In this document: piece by piece, positions 49,717 to 59,899 of the stretch
Position numbering within the stretch: the stretch's first letter is position 1
Layout: each line of letters begins with the position of its first letter
From: an uncultured Gammaproteobacteria bacterium
Lineage (GTDB): Bacteria; Pseudomonadota; Gammaproteobacteria; UBA9214
Length of the DNA: 64,000 nucleotides
Direction of reading: 5' to 3'
Assembly: GCA_963748215.1 (NCBI GenBank)
Contig: CAVVHS010000006.1
Coordinates: 320,001-384,000, forward strand
The notes under the pieces: model-generated
The model's database searches: none
The model's input: the letters and a program-made list of their open reading frames with translations, nothing else
Told to the model about the DNA's origin: nothing
Made by a program: the position numbers and the translations under genes

Positions 49717-51165
49717 ATGTCTGCGGTACATAGCCGTGCACCGGCGTTTCCCGGTGGACTCGAGTGGTTCAATATTGACGGAACGGTCAAGATGTCGGAA
49801 CAGCGCGGCAAGATCGTGCTGATTGATTTTGGCAGCTATTGTTCGGTCCATTGCCGGCATGCCCTGGCGGATCTCCGTAGACTGCAAGGCAAGTACCGGG
49901 ACGACCTTGTCATTATCGGTGTCCATGCGCCCAGATTTCGCAGTGAATTGCGGCGCACGCACGTGCAGAAGTCAATCAATCGGCATAACGTCGAATTTCC
50001 GGTCATCCACGATGCCGACCAAAAGCTGAGGAAGCTGTATGGCATCAGGATCCTGCCGACCCGGGTGCTGATCGATCATGAAGGCTACATCGTGGGCTCG
50101 CTGTCGGGCGATGGCAAGGCCGTGCGGCTGGATCAGGTCATCGCCAGTCTGCTCGGCAAACGCACGGGAGCTGTCGCAAACCCGGCCAGTTCTTTCAGGC
50201 TCAAGTCCTGTCCGGAGCCGAAGGGTGTGCTGAATTTCCCGGGACACATCGTTGCCGCCAGAGACCGTGTATACATTGTTGACAGCGGGAATCACCGTAT
50301 CCTGGTGACATCGGCAAGCGGTCATGTATTGCGTCAGTATGGCGGCGAGGGGCCGGGATTCCTGGATGGCACAGGCGCGTCGGCCGCATTCAACAATCCG
50401 CAGGGGATTGCGGTGAACGATGATTTCCTGTTTGTGGCCGACGAGGGAAATCATGCGATACGGCGCATCAATCTGCGCACGGACGAGGTAGTGACGATAG
50501 CCGGCACCGGCAGGCAGGGTGGTCTGCAGGCCGGGCCAGGTGACGTGCCGCGGAAAACGGCGCTGAATTCGCCGACGGATATCGTGTTTCATAACGGCGA
50601 TCTGTTTATTGCGATGGCGGGCGCGCACCAGGTCTGGCGCCTGTCCCTGTTGCAGAACACGCTGGAGGTGCTTTCAGGCAGTGGCTGCGAAGGGCTGACG
50701 GATGGTCCGCCAGGCACGGCGTCGTTTGCCCAGCCGACCGGCCTGACGGTATGCGGTGGCAAGTTGTACACCGTCGACGCGATGGCATCCGCGGTACGCT
50801 GCGTGGATCCGGAAACGGGATACGTCACAACCCTGGTCGGCGAGGGGCTGTTCGCATTTGGCGAAGAGGACGGCATCGGGCTGGCCGCGCGGCTGCAGTA
50901 CCCGCTCGATATCAAGGCTGACCAGAGCCAGAACATGCTCTGGGTGGCTGACACGTACAATAACAAGATCAGGAGAATCGGCGTGAAAACCCGGCATGTG
51001 TCCAGCGTGCTGCTTGACCGGCGGCTGGATGAGCCGGGCGGACTGGCGTTTAGCAACAATACCCTTTACATTGCCAATACCAATGCGCACGAAGTGCTGC
51101 GCCTGAACACGAACAATGGCCAGACCGAAGCCCTGAATGTCACCGAAGAGTACATCGAAATTTAA
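49717..51165 (+). CDS. Thioredoxin-like plus NHL-repeat protein (NHLRC2/SOQ1-like)
   Basis: 'IDFGSYCSVHC', 'IGVHAPRF', followed by NHL repeats ('VDSGNHRI', 'ADEGNHAIRRI', 'AMAGAHQVW', 'ADTYNNKIR'). Confidence 0.85.
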   Translation: MSAVHSRAPAFPGGLEWFNIDGTVKMSEQRGKIVLIDFGSYCSVHCRHALADLRRLQGKYRDDLVIIGVHAPRFRSELRRTHVQKSINRHNVEFPVIHDADQKLRKLYGIRILPTRVLIDHEGYIVGSLSGDGKAVRLDQVIASLLGKRTGAVANPASSFRLKSCPEPKGVLNFPGHIVAARDRVYIVDSGNHRILVTSASGHVLRQYGGEGPGFLDGTGASAAFNNPQGIAVNDDFLFVADEGNHAIRRINLRTDEVVTIAGTGRQGGLQAGPGDVPRKTALNSPTDIVFHNGDLFIAMAGAHQVWRLSLLQNTLEVLSGSGCEGLTDGPPGTASFAQPTGLTVCGGKLYTVDAMASAVRCVDPETGYVTTLVGEGLFAFGEEDGIGLAARLQYPLDIKADQSQNMLWVADTYNNKIRRIGVKTRHVSSVLLDRRLDEPGGLAFSNNTLYIANTNAHEVLRLNTNNGQTEALNVTEEYIEI

Positions 51166-51805
51166 CCCTGACTGCAGACTCTGTCCCCGGCTGGCCGGCT
51201 TTCTCGACCAGGTTTCCGTAAAACACCCCGATTATCACGCCCGACCGGTAGCGGCCTTCGGAGATTCGCAGGCACGCTTGCTGATCGTAGGCCTGGCGCC
51301 CGGCATGCATGGCGCCAATGCCACGGGACGTCCCTTCACCGGCGACTATGCCGGTATCCTGCTGTACGAGACACTGTACAAGTTCGGCTACAGCAACAAG
51401 CCCGTGTCGGTGGCGCGCAACGACGGCCTGGAACTGAGCGGCTGCAGGATAACCAACGCGGTCAAGTGCCTGCCGCCGCAGAACAAGCCGCTGCTCGAGG
51501 AAGTCAGGAACTGCAACCGCTTTCTGCATAAGGAGCTGCACAGCTTGCCGGATGACGCGGTCGTCATCGCGCTGGGCAGACTGGCGCACGATGCCGTACT
51601 GCGCGCGCTGGGGCTGCGGCTTTCCGGGTACGCGTTCGGACATGCCGCGATCCACGGGTTGGCGGATGGACTGCGCATGGTGGATTCCTACCACTGCAGC
51701 CGCTACAACACGCAAACCCGCCGCCTCACGCCCGAGATGTTCCACAAGGCGTTCCGGCTTGCAGGAAATATGCTCTCCGGCAGGCCACGCCGGGTGTCGG
51801 CCTGA
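51137..51805 (+). CDS. Uracil-DNA glycosylase, family 5
   Basis: 'CRLCPRL', 'GLAPGMHGANATGRPFTGD', 'VKCLPPQNKP', 'SYHCSRYN'. Confidence 0.9.
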   Translation: MSPKSTSKFNPDCRLCPRLAGFLDQVSVKHPDYHARPVAAFGDSQARLLIVGLAPGMHGANATGRPFTGDYAGILLYETLYKFGYSNKPVSVARNDGLELSGCRITNAVKCLPPQNKPLLEEVRNCNRFLHKELHSLPDDAVVIALGRLAHDAVLRALGLRLSGYAFGHAAIHGLADGLRMVDSYHCSRYNTQTRRLTPEMFHKAFRLAGNMLSGRPRRVSA

Positions 51806-51815
51806 CCTGCCAGGC

Positions 51816-53645
51816 ATGAATAAAACCGGCACAGCATTCGATTCGCGCGGATTCCTGAAAACACTGGCGGTACGGCCGGGTGTCTACCGCATGCTCGATG
51901 CCGGCGGCAATGTGCTCTATGTCGGCAAGGCCGGCAACCTCAGGAAGCGGGTCGCCAGCTATTTCAGGAAATCAGGCCTGTCAGCCAGGACAGCCGCACT
52001 GGTGGAACAGATCGCTGCCATCGAGGTGACGGTTACGCATACGGAAGGCGAGGCCCTGCTGCTGGAAAGCAATCTCATCAAGCAACTGCAGCCGCGCTAT
52101 AACGTGCTGCTGCGTGATGACAAGAGCTATCCCTATATCTACCTGTCGGACACGCAGGAATACCCGCGGCTGGCATTGCATCGTGGTGCGCGTCGTGCCT
52201 CCGGCCGCTATTTCGGTCCGTATCCGAATGCCGGTTCAGTGCGCGAAAGCCTGCATCTCCTGCAGAAACTGTTCAGGGTCAGGCAGTGCGAGGACAGCTT
52301 TTTCAGCAACCGCAGCCGGCCCTGCCTGCAATACCAGATCAAGCGTTGCACGGCGCCATGTGTCGAGCTGGTCAGCGCGCAGGATTATGCACGCGATGTG
52401 GAAAACACGGTGCTGTTCCTGGAGGGTAAAAGCAGCCAGGTGATCGATGGCCTGGTTAAACGCATGGAAGAGGCAGCGACGCTGCAGGATTACGAGCAGG
52501 CCGCGATATTCCGCGACCAGATAATCAGCTTGCGCCATGTGCAGGAAAAGCAGTACATCAGCACCGAACACGGCGACCTGGACATCATCGCGTGTGTGAC
52601 GGAAAAGGGCAGTGCCTGCGTGCAGGTGTTTTTCGTGCGCGGTGGCAGGAATCTCGGCAATGCGGTGTTTTACCCGAAGGTGCCGATGGAGCAGGGGCCG
52701 GACGAGGTACTGTCCGCGTTTATACCCCAGTATTACCTCGGCAAGGATATCCCGCCCGAATTGCTGCTCAGCCACGAGCTGCAGGACGGCGAGGTCATCG
52801 GACAGGCCTTGAGCCAGCACGCTGCCCACGGGGTCGAGCTGCGTTCCAGGGTGCGCGGCAACCGGGCACGCTGGGTGAAAATGGCCCGCGAAAATGCCGG
52901 TCATGCGCTCCATGCGCAACTCAACACGCGCCGGGGATTTGCCGTGCGCCTGCAGGCCCTGGCCGATGCACTGCAGCTGCCCGACGTGCCGGAGCGGCTC
53001 GAGTGCTTCGATATCAGCCATACAGCTGGCGAGTCGACAGTTGCCTCCTGTGTTGTGTTCGGGCTTGAGGGCCCTTTAAAATCGGATTACCGGCGCTTCA
53101 ATATCCGTGACATCGAGCCCGGCGACGATTATGCGGCAATGGATCAGGCCATCAGCCGGCGCTACACACGGCTGAAGAAGGGTGAGGGACGTATGCCCGA
53201 CCTGCTGCTGATCGATGGCGGAAAGGGCCAGGTGGCCGCGGTCTGCAGGGCGCTCGAGGAACTGCAGGTGACCGACCTGCGGGTGCTCGGCGTGGCCAAG
53301 GGGCCGGGACGGAAGCCGGGGCTTGAAGTGCTGCACCTGCCGGATCGCAAGGCCGCGCTGGTATTGCCGCCGGATTCACCCGCATTGCACCTGATCCAGC
53401 AGATCAGGGACGAGGCGCACCGTTTCGCCATCACCGGCCACCGTCAGCGGCGTGCGCGGCAGCGGAATGTGTCACCGCTGGAGAGCATCCCGGGGGTTGG
53501 TGCCAAGCGGCGCCAGCAACTGCTGCAACAGTTCGGTGGACTGAGGGAAGTGACGCGTGCCGGCGTGGAGGATCTTTCCCGCGTCAAGGGGATCAACCGA
53601 ACGCTGGCTCAGCAGATATATGACGCATTGCACGGGGACGTGTAA
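51816..53645 (+). CDS. uvrC: Excinuclease ABC subunit C
   Basis: GIY-YIG 'PGVYRM..YVGKA', 'ECFDISH', 'IDGGKGQ', 'IRDEAHRFAI', HhH; start at ATG 51816. Confidence 0.95.
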   Translation: MNKTGTAFDSRGFLKTLAVRPGVYRMLDAGGNVLYVGKAGNLRKRVASYFRKSGLSARTAALVEQIAAIEVTVTHTEGEALLLESNLIKQLQPRYNVLLRDDKSYPYIYLSDTQEYPRLALHRGARRASGRYFGPYPNAGSVRESLHLLQKLFRVRQCEDSFFSNRSRPCLQYQIKRCTAPCVELVSAQDYARDVENTVLFLEGKSSQVIDGLVKRMEEAATLQDYEQAAIFRDQIISLRHVQEKQYISTEHGDLDIIACVTEKGSACVQVFFVRGGRNLGNAVFYPKVPMEQGPDEVLSAFIPQYYLGKDIPPELLLSHELQDGEVIGQALSQHAAHGVELRSRVRGNRARWVKMARENAGHALHAQLNTRRGFAVRLQALADALQLPDVPERLECFDISHTAGESTVASCVVFGLEGPLKSDYRRFNIRDIEPGDDYAAMDQAISRRYTRLKKGEGRMPDLLLIDGGKGQVAAVCRALEELQVTDLRVLGVAKGPGRKPGLEVLHLPDRKAALVLPPDSPALHLIQQIRDEAHRFAITGHRQRRARQRNVSPLESIPGVGAKRRQQLLQQFGGLREVTRAGVEDLSRVKGINRTLAQQIYDALHGDV

Positions 53646-53660
53646 AAGAGGCTTTCCACC

Positions 53661-54245
53661 ATGAAATGGACATGGCCAAATATCCTGACCCTGCTGCGTA
53701 TCAGCATGATACCGGTGCTGGTGGTCGTCTTCTACCTGCCCGGAAAATTGATGCCGCTGCTGTGTGCCGCGATTTTCGGACTGGCTGCCGTGACTGACTG
53801 GCTGGACGGCTATCTTGCGCGGCGCCTGAAGCAGCAATCGGTATTCGGCGCCTTTCTGGACCCGGTCGCAGACAAGCTGATGGTGGCGGTCGCGCTCGTC
53901 CTGCTGGTCGAGTCCAACGGCGACCTGTTCTTCACCATACCCGTTGCGGTCATCATCGGCAGGGAAATCGCCATTTCGGCATTGCGTGAATGGATGTCGG
54001 AGATCGGTGAGCGCGCCACCGTGGCTGTCTCGATCATTGGCAAGGTCAAGACTACGGCACAGATGGTCGCGATCCTGCTGCTGCTCTATGACACACCTGT
54101 CGGGCTGTTCCCTACGCACGAGGTGGGACTGGTGCTGCTCTACGTGGCTGCCGTCCTGACGCTCTGGTCGATGCTGATCTACATGCGGGCGGCCTGGCCG
54201 GTCATCTTCGGCAGGACCGGGGCGCCGGGAGAGGGGGATGCTTGA
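53661..54245 (+). CDS. pgsA: CDP-diacylglycerol--glycerol-3-phosphate 3-phosphatidyltransferase
   Basis: 'PNILTLLRI', 'TDWLDGYLARR', 'GAFLDPVADKL'. Confidence 0.95.
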   Translation: MKWTWPNILTLLRISMIPVLVVVFYLPGKLMPLLCAAIFGLAAVTDWLDGYLARRLKQQSVFGAFLDPVADKLMVAVALVLLVESNGDLFFTIPVAVIIGREIAISALREWMSEIGERATVAVSIIGKVKTTAQMVAILLLLYDTPVGLFPTHEVGLVLLYVAAVLTLWSMLIYMRAAWPVIFGRTGAPGEGDA

Positions 54246-54269
54246 CAGTATCCCGCCAGTCTATAAAAT
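54242..54269 (+). promoter_or_regulatory. Sigma70 promoter of the tRNA operon
   Basis: TTGACA-16 nt-TAAAAT followed by a GC-rich discriminator. Confidence 0.75.
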
Positions 54270-54284
54270 GGCGGTTTGCTGTGT

Positions 54285-54360
54285 GCGGGAATAGCTCAGT
54301 TGGTAGAGCACAACCTTGCCAAGGTTGGGGTCGCGAGTTCGAATCTCGTTTCCCGCTCCA
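54285..54360 (+). tRNA. tRNA-Gly(GCC)
   Basis: GCGGGAATAGCTCAGTTGGTAGAGC...TTGCCAA...GTTCGAATC...CCCGCTCCA. Confidence 0.97.
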
Positions 54361-54420
54361 TCTTTTTTCAGCCCTGGTCTCCGGGGTTTTTCCTGTCAGG
54401 GTGCCGGTTACCCGATCCAT

Positions 54421-54494
54421 GGCTGGGTGGCAGAGTGGTTATGCAGCGGCCTGCAAAGCCGTGTACGCCGGTTCGATTCCGGCCTCAGCCTCCA
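54421..54494 (+). tRNA. tRNA-Cys(GCA)
   Basis: GGCTGGGTGGCAGAGTGG...CTGCAAA...GGTTCGATTCC...CAGCCTCCA. Confidence 0.96.
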
Positions 54495-54548
54495 ACTAAT
54501 CCTCTACATCCCCGGTATGTCTCTGTAAAATCGCCCGGGCGCCTGTTG

Positions 54549-54635
54549 GCCCGGGTGGCGAAATTGGTAGACGCAAGGGACTTAAAATCCCTCGGTGGCA
54601 ACACCGTGCCGGTTCGATTCCGGCCCCGGGCACCA
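54549..54635 (+). tRNA. tRNA-Leu(TAA)
   Basis: GCCCGGGTGGCGAAATTGGTAGACGC...CTTAAAA, long variable arm, ...CGGGCACCA. Confidence 0.96.
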
Positions 54636-54877
54636 TCTGACGCGCCTGTTGCACCAGTCGGTCACGGGCCTGCAGGTACTCCGCTGAAAACAATCGCGCC
54701 AACAACGATCCGAAATTTCAAGAGAACTTCGTATATGCAGCCTGCGGCCTGTCCGGGCCCTGCCCGGTGCGGACCTGGACTTGCGATATACAGGGACGTA
54801 CGAGTGTCATGGCGGCAGGGATGCCGTGAGCGACCGGTATGCCGGCTACGGGTGCAATTGACGGGTTAAGCCCTTCA

Positions 54878-55288
54878 TCAGCCGCTCATGATGCGCGGCC
54901 AGCGGGCATGGATCGCTTCCGCGAGTTCCGGCTCGATGGTGACCACGTAGATGCGCCGTTCATGCCGGTCGCGTGCCACCAGCCCCTGGATCCATTGACC
55001 CCGGGTCAGGTCGTACCAGCGGCTGTGACCTTCAAGGTCTTTTTCCATGAAGCTTCTGACCGGTATCTTGACCGGTACCGGGAACCAGCGATCCCAGCGA
55101 CCGGCATAGATGCCGTCCAGCCGTGCCCAGCCGCCCAGCGGCAGGCTGCCGGCCTGTTCATGTCGGCGTCCCCATGCCAGACGGCGGGTGCCGCCGCCCC
55201 GGGCCATGACCGGCAATTGCGCCTTCGGGTTGGGGAAGTACACCCGGATATCCTGACCGTTTGCCGTGTAGTAGACGCCGTCGCACAT
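54878..55288 (-). CDS. Minimal SRAP/HMCES-like (YedK-like) abasic-site-processing protein
   Basis: Starts Met-Cys; 'AWG', 'RSFME' (compare GFYEW), 'IHARWPRIM' (compare HDRMPVIL). Only 136 aa. Confidence 0.6.
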   Translation of the reverse strand: MCDGVYYTANGQDIRVYFPNPKAQLPVMARGGGTRRLAWGRRHEQAGSLPLGGWARLDGIYAGRWDRWFPVPVKIPVRSFMEKDLEGHSRWYDLTRGQWIQGLVARDRHERRIYVVTIEPELAEAIHARWPRIMSG

Positions 55289-55294
55289 GGGAGT

Positions 55295-56540
55295 TCAGAT
55301 TGTCTGGCGGTGTCCGAACGGCTTCCAGGACGGCGCAATGACGTTTGGCATGCTGGAGCGGTTGAGCAGCCGGGCAGGGGCCAGCACCAGCTCGCCGTAG
55401 CGCCGGTTGACGGCGTCCATGACCTCGTTGGCCTCGCGCCGCGCCGCGTCTTCACTGTCAAACAGCTCGAGCTGGCCGCCGGCGGGAACGGGAGTCCAGG
55501 GCGGTGACCTGCACCTGGTGTACACCCTCGTCGTGCCAGGCCTCGTCGATAACGCGGCGGCACAGTACCATGATGTCCCTGCCATCACTGGTGGGCAGCA
55601 TACTGCGCAGCTTGCCGCCCACCCAGCCGTCGCCGGTGCGCAGGCCGATGAAAAAGGTCTGTGCCTGCAACCGGTGGCGTCGTAGCCGTGCACCGACCTT
55701 GGTGCTCATGTGCAGCAGCCAGGTCAGCAGCAGTTCCCGGTCGCGCGTGCCGGGTGGGACGACCTTGCCGTGACCGATGGATCCGGGTGCCGGGACATCC
55801 AGCTGCAGGCCTGCCGGGTCCTGGCCCTGGCACATGTACCAGATGCGACGTCCCGGGTTGCCGAAGCGCCGCGCCAGTACGCTGATCGGCAGGCGTCCGA
55901 CCTCGCCGCAGGTGTGTACGCCATGTTCGGCCAGGAACCCGCCGATGCCTGCGGCGATGCCGCACAGCGCGGTTACCGGGACATCGTGCAGGTGCTGCGC
56001 CGCTTCCCAGGGCAGGATCACGGTCAGGCCATCCGGCTTGTCCAGCTTGGCGGCGAACTTGGCAGTGGTCTTGTCGCCGCTGACGCCGATCGAGCACAGG
56101 ATGCCCGAGGCCTCGAATACCTTGCGCTTGACCAGCCGGGCGATACGTGCCGGCGTGCCGAGCAGCCGCTGGCAACGGGTGATGTCCAGAAAGGCCTCGT
56201 CGACTGAAAATATCTCGATATCCGGAGTGATGTCCTGTAGCGCCGCCATGATGGCGGCAGAGGTGGTTGCATAGCGTTCCGGGTGTGCCGGGCACTGGAT
56301 CAGCTCCGGGCACAGTTGGTGTGCGCGTTTCAGGCGCATGCCGGTCCTGATGCCATAGGCGCGTGCCTCGTAGGAGCAGGTGATGATGCAGGTACCCTTG
56401 AGGCCGTTGGTGATTGCCACCGGGCGCCCGCGCCACTCGGGGCGGTCCCGTTGCTCGATCGAGGCGAAGAAGGCATTCATATCAACCAGCGCTATGGCGC
56501 GTGGCCAGACGATGTCGACAGTTCCTGTAGGACAATTCAT
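55295..56540 (-). CDS. dinB: Y-family DNA polymerase (DinB/UmuC-like), one apparent frameshift near 55490
   Basis: 'LVDMNAFFASIEQ', 'SYEARAYGI', 'SVDEAFLD', 'KPDGL'; the C-terminal 'QLELF' clamp-binding motif lies in the next frame. Confidence 0.85.
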
Positions 56541-56543
56541 ATA

Positions 56544-56559
56544 CTGTAATTATATACAG
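56544..56559. promoter_or_regulatory. LexA (SOS) box
   Basis: CTGT-AATTATAT-ACAG within ATACTGT..ACAGTAT, 3 nt upstream of the polymerase ATG. Confidence 0.9.
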
Positions 56560-56666
56560 TATGTGGCCGGAATGGCTGAATTGTGGTTTGTAACGCAATG
56601 GTGTATACGAATCTGCCGATTGACCGTGCGGGATATTCGAGGACTGTAAAGGCCGGGGGTGTTGTG

Positions 56667-58391
56667 ATGAGGCTTAAGAGGCTATTTTCTTTAAAGAAAG
56701 ACAGGAATCTGGAGCTTGAACAGGCGTTTATGCGTCTAATTCTTGTTGTAGTTGCAGTTGCCTATGGTGTAACGATTTCGACGATGGATGTTTTTGAGAA
56801 AGGTGTTCTGGATAAGATCGTAGTGCTTGGATATTTTTACATAGCCGTGTCATGTGTGAGTGTGCTGCAAGTTTATTTATGGCCTGACGGTAGCAAACGG
56901 CGGCATAGCATATATATGTTCTTTGATGTGTTGGTGACTAGTATTGTTATGCATAATTTTGGTAAATATGGAATTCCTTACTTTGTGCTCTATATGTGGT
57001 TAACAGTAGGAAACGGATTCAGGTATGGTTATCGTGAGCTAATATTTTGCTCCGGACTATCCCTGTTAGGTTTTATTGCTGTTTGCTTAACAACACAGTT
57101 CTGGATAGATGAATATCTTATATCTCTTACGTGTGTGATGTTGTTATCCATAATACCAACATATGTCGCAGTAATGTTAAAAAGACTCCAAGACGCAAAA
57201 GAACGTGCTGAAACCGCGAGCATTGAGAAATCAAGGTTTATCGCGAATATCAGTCATGAAATCAGAACTCCGCTAAACGCTATCGTCGGATTCAGCGGCA
57301 TGATGAGCAAGGTTGATGATGTGACCCAGCAGCGTCAGATGACAGTACGCATCAAGGAAGCATCGGACAGCCTCATGGACCTGATCGAGGGTGTGCTTGA
57401 TTTCGCCAGGATTGAATCCGGGCACGTTAAACTGAAGCCGGTTTTGACCGATCTGCGTGTCTTGCTGGAGTCGATCGAGGGCATGTTTTCCCTGCAGGCA
57501 CAGAGCAAGGGCATAAAATATTCGACATCTGTGGAGCACCACATACCGCAACAGTTTATATGCGACAAGCAACGATTGCGTCAGGTGCTCGTCAACCTGA
57601 TCGGTAATGCGCTCAAGTTTACAGACAAGGGTCGAATCGACGTGTCTGTCAGTCTTGTAAGTCCAACGGCCGATACTCGCCAACTCAGGTTTGATGTGAT
57701 CGATACTGGAAAAGGGATAAAGAAGGAATTTCATGATCATATCTTCGATCGGTTCAGGCAGGCCGATGATTCCGCACAACGCCAGCATGGTGGTACAGGG
57801 CTGGGAACGGCGATCGCCAGGAATCTGGTGGAACTGATGGGTGGGCAAATCGGCATGGAAAGTCACTATGGATTCGGTAGCCGGTTCTGGTTCATCGTTC
57901 CACTTGTCGTGCCAACAGAAGCACAGCTGGGGCGGCAATCTTCTATCAAGAAAAGTCGCTCCTTGCTGGAGGCCGCGAGTACTTCAGATGGCGAATCCAG
58001 CATACTTATCGCTGAAGACAGTGATATCAACCGGTATGTCTATTCGACCATGTTCAACTATCTGGGCGTGAGAATCGAGTTTGCCGAAACCGGTGAGATT
58101 GCGCTCGACAGGCTGAAGCACTCGAATTACGACCTGCTGATTGTGGATATGCAGATGCCCGGCATGTCGGGTATCGATATCATCAACAAATATTATGAAT
58201 TCACGCCGCCATCGCAAAGGCTGCCTATTGCAATGATCACCGGTGATGCAACCGCTGACATCGAGCAGAATTGCGAGCAGCTGGGTGTGAAGGTATTCCT
58301 GGCCAAGCCTGTCACGCTGGAGAAATTGCACGATCTGGCCAGCGCATACGTGTCGGCGCCCCTGGCCGGTGTCGTGGGACTGGAAGGGTGA
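56667..58391 (+). CDS. Hybrid sensor histidine kinase (RpfC-like membrane input, HisKA, HATPase, REC)
   Basis: 'ELEQAFMRL', multi-TM, 'GNGFRYG', 'ISHEIRTPLN', 'GGTGLG', REC 'VDMQMP'. Confidence 0.85.
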   Translation: MRLKRLFSLKKDRNLELEQAFMRLILVVVAVAYGVTISTMDVFEKGVLDKIVVLGYFYIAVSCVSVLQVYLWPDGSKRRHSIYMFFDVLVTSIVMHNFGKYGIPYFVLYMWLTVGNGFRYGYRELIFCSGLSLLGFIAVCLTTQFWIDEYLISLTCVMLLSIIPTYVAVMLKRLQDAKERAETASIEKSRFIANISHEIRTPLNAIVGFSGMMSKVDDVTQQRQMTVRIKEASDSLMDLIEGVLDFARIESGHVKLKPVLTDLRVLLESIEGMFSLQAQSKGIKYSTSVEHHIPQQFICDKQRLRQVLVNLIGNALKFTDKGRIDVSVSLVSPTADTRQLRFDVIDTGKGIKKEFHDHIFDRFRQADDSAQRQHGGTGLGTAIARNLVELMGGQIGMESHYGFGSRFWFIVPLVVPTEAQLGRQSSIKKSRSLLEAASTSDGESSILIAEDSDINRYVYSTMFNYLGVRIEFAETGEIALDRLKHSNYDLLIVDMQMPGMSGIDIINKYYEFTPPSQRLPIAMITGDATADIEQNCEQLGVKVFLAKPVTLEKLHDLASAYVSAPLAGVVGLEG

Positions 58392-58486
58392 TCCGTTCAC
58401 CTGCAAACAGCTGTGTCGCAGGAGCTATATATCAGGAGGGGTCGCGGTATATAATCCCGGGCTCGATTTCCGGATGTGATTGAACA

Positions 58487-59896
58487 ATGAGTGTAAAAAC
58501 ACGATTTGCACCCAGCCCGACAGGCTACCTGCATGTCGGCGGTGCAAGAACTGCGTTGTTTTCATGGCTGTATGCCCGCAAGCACGGCGGCAAGTTCGTA
58601 TTGCGCATCGAGGATACCGACCTTGAGCGGTCTACCCAGGAATCCATCAATGCCATTCTGGAGGGGATGACCTGGCTTGGGCTGGAGTATGACGACGGGC
58701 CGTTTTATCAGACGCACCGGTTTGACCGGTATAACAAGATAATCGACGATCTGATCGGCGGGGGGCTGGCCTATCGATGTAATTGTTCCAGAGATCGTCT
58801 CGATGCGTTGCGCGAGTCCCAGATGCAGCACAAGCTCAAGCCCCGATACGATGGACACTGCCGGAAGCATTCCGTCTCGCCCGATGAGCCTCATGTGGTT
58901 CGGTTCTGTAATCCGGCGGATGGCAGCGTAGTCGTCGACGACCAGATCCGCGGCAAGGTCATTTTCAGCAATGACGAGCTCGATGATCTGATCATACGCA
59001 GGACTGATGGCTCGCCCACCTACAACCTGACCGTGGTGGTGGATGACATGGATATGGAGATTACACATGTCATTCGTGGCGACGACCATCTCAACAACAC
59101 GCCGCGGCAGATCAATATTCTACGGGCACTCGGTGCCCAGCAGCCCGTGTATGCGCATGTGCCTATGATTCTTGGCGATGACGGCATGCGCCTGTCCAAG
59201 CGTCACGGCGCAGTGAGCGTGATGGAATACCGGAATCAGGGGATACTCCCCGAGGCCTTGCTTAACTACCTGGTTCGACTGGGCTGGTCGCATGGCGACA
59301 GGGAAATATTCACGCTCGAGGAGATGGTCGAGTTGTTCGACATCAAGGATGTCAACAAGGCAGCTTCCGCATTCAACAGCGAGAAACTGCTGTGGCTGAA
59401 CCAGTGCTACATTAAGGGGTCGGAGCCGGCCAGGATTGCCCGGCTCCTGAGCCCGCACATCGGGCAATTGGGTATCGATCCTGCCTGTGGTCCGGATCTG
59501 GTGGCAGTTGCCGAGGTGCAGCGGGAAAGGGCAAAGACACTGGTGGAAATGGCGGAAATCAGTGCATTCTTTTATCGTGATTTCGAAGACTTCGATGCAG
59601 ATGCGGCTGGCAAGTTTCTCAAGCTCGCAGCCCGCGAACCACTGCAGAAACTGCGTGATGCCCTGGCAACAGTGCCAGAATGGGAGCCGGATGCCCTGCA
59701 TCAGGTTGTCAAGGACGTCGCGGAGCTTCTGGATCTGAAGCTTGGCAAGGTTGCCCAGCCACTGCGGGTCGCCGTCGTGGGGCGGGCGGCCTCGCCCGGT
59801 ATCGATGTGACCCTGCATCTGGTCGGGCGTGAGGCCTGTCTGCGCAGGATCGACAAGGCGCTTGATTATATCTTGCAACGGAGCAGTGAGGCCTGA
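58487..59896 (+). CDS. gltX: Glutamate--tRNA ligase
   Basis: '[14 protein letters not shown]', 'LSKRHGA'. Confidence 0.97.
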   Translation: MSVKTRFAPSPTGYLHVGGARTALFSWLYARKHGGKFVLRIEDTDLERSTQESINAILEGMTWLGLEYDDGPFYQTHRFDRYNKIIDDLIGGGLAYRCNCSRDRLDALRESQMQHKLKPRYDGHCRKHSVSPDEPHVVRFCNPADGSVVVDDQIRGKVIFSNDELDDLIIRRTDGSPTYNLTVVVDDMDMEITHVIRGDDHLNNTPRQINILRALGAQQPVYAHVPMILGDDGMRLSKRHGAVSVMEYRNQGILPEALLNYLVRLGWSHGDREIFTLEEMVELFDIKDVNKAASAFNSEKLLWLNQCYIKGSEPARIARLLSPHIGQLGIDPACGPDLVAVAEVQRERAKTLVEMAEISAFFYRDFEDFDADAAGKFLKLAAREPLQKLRDALATVPEWEPDALHQVVKDVAELLDLKLGKVAQPLRVAVVGRAASPGIDVTLHLVGREACLRRIDKALDYILQRSSEA

Positions 59897-59899
59897 TTA

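Noticed and set aside
54636-58400. Integrative element or prophage at tRNA-Leu
   Set aside because: No integrase, no duplicated tRNA 3' end (att) and no phage genes were seen. At most this is an old insertion.
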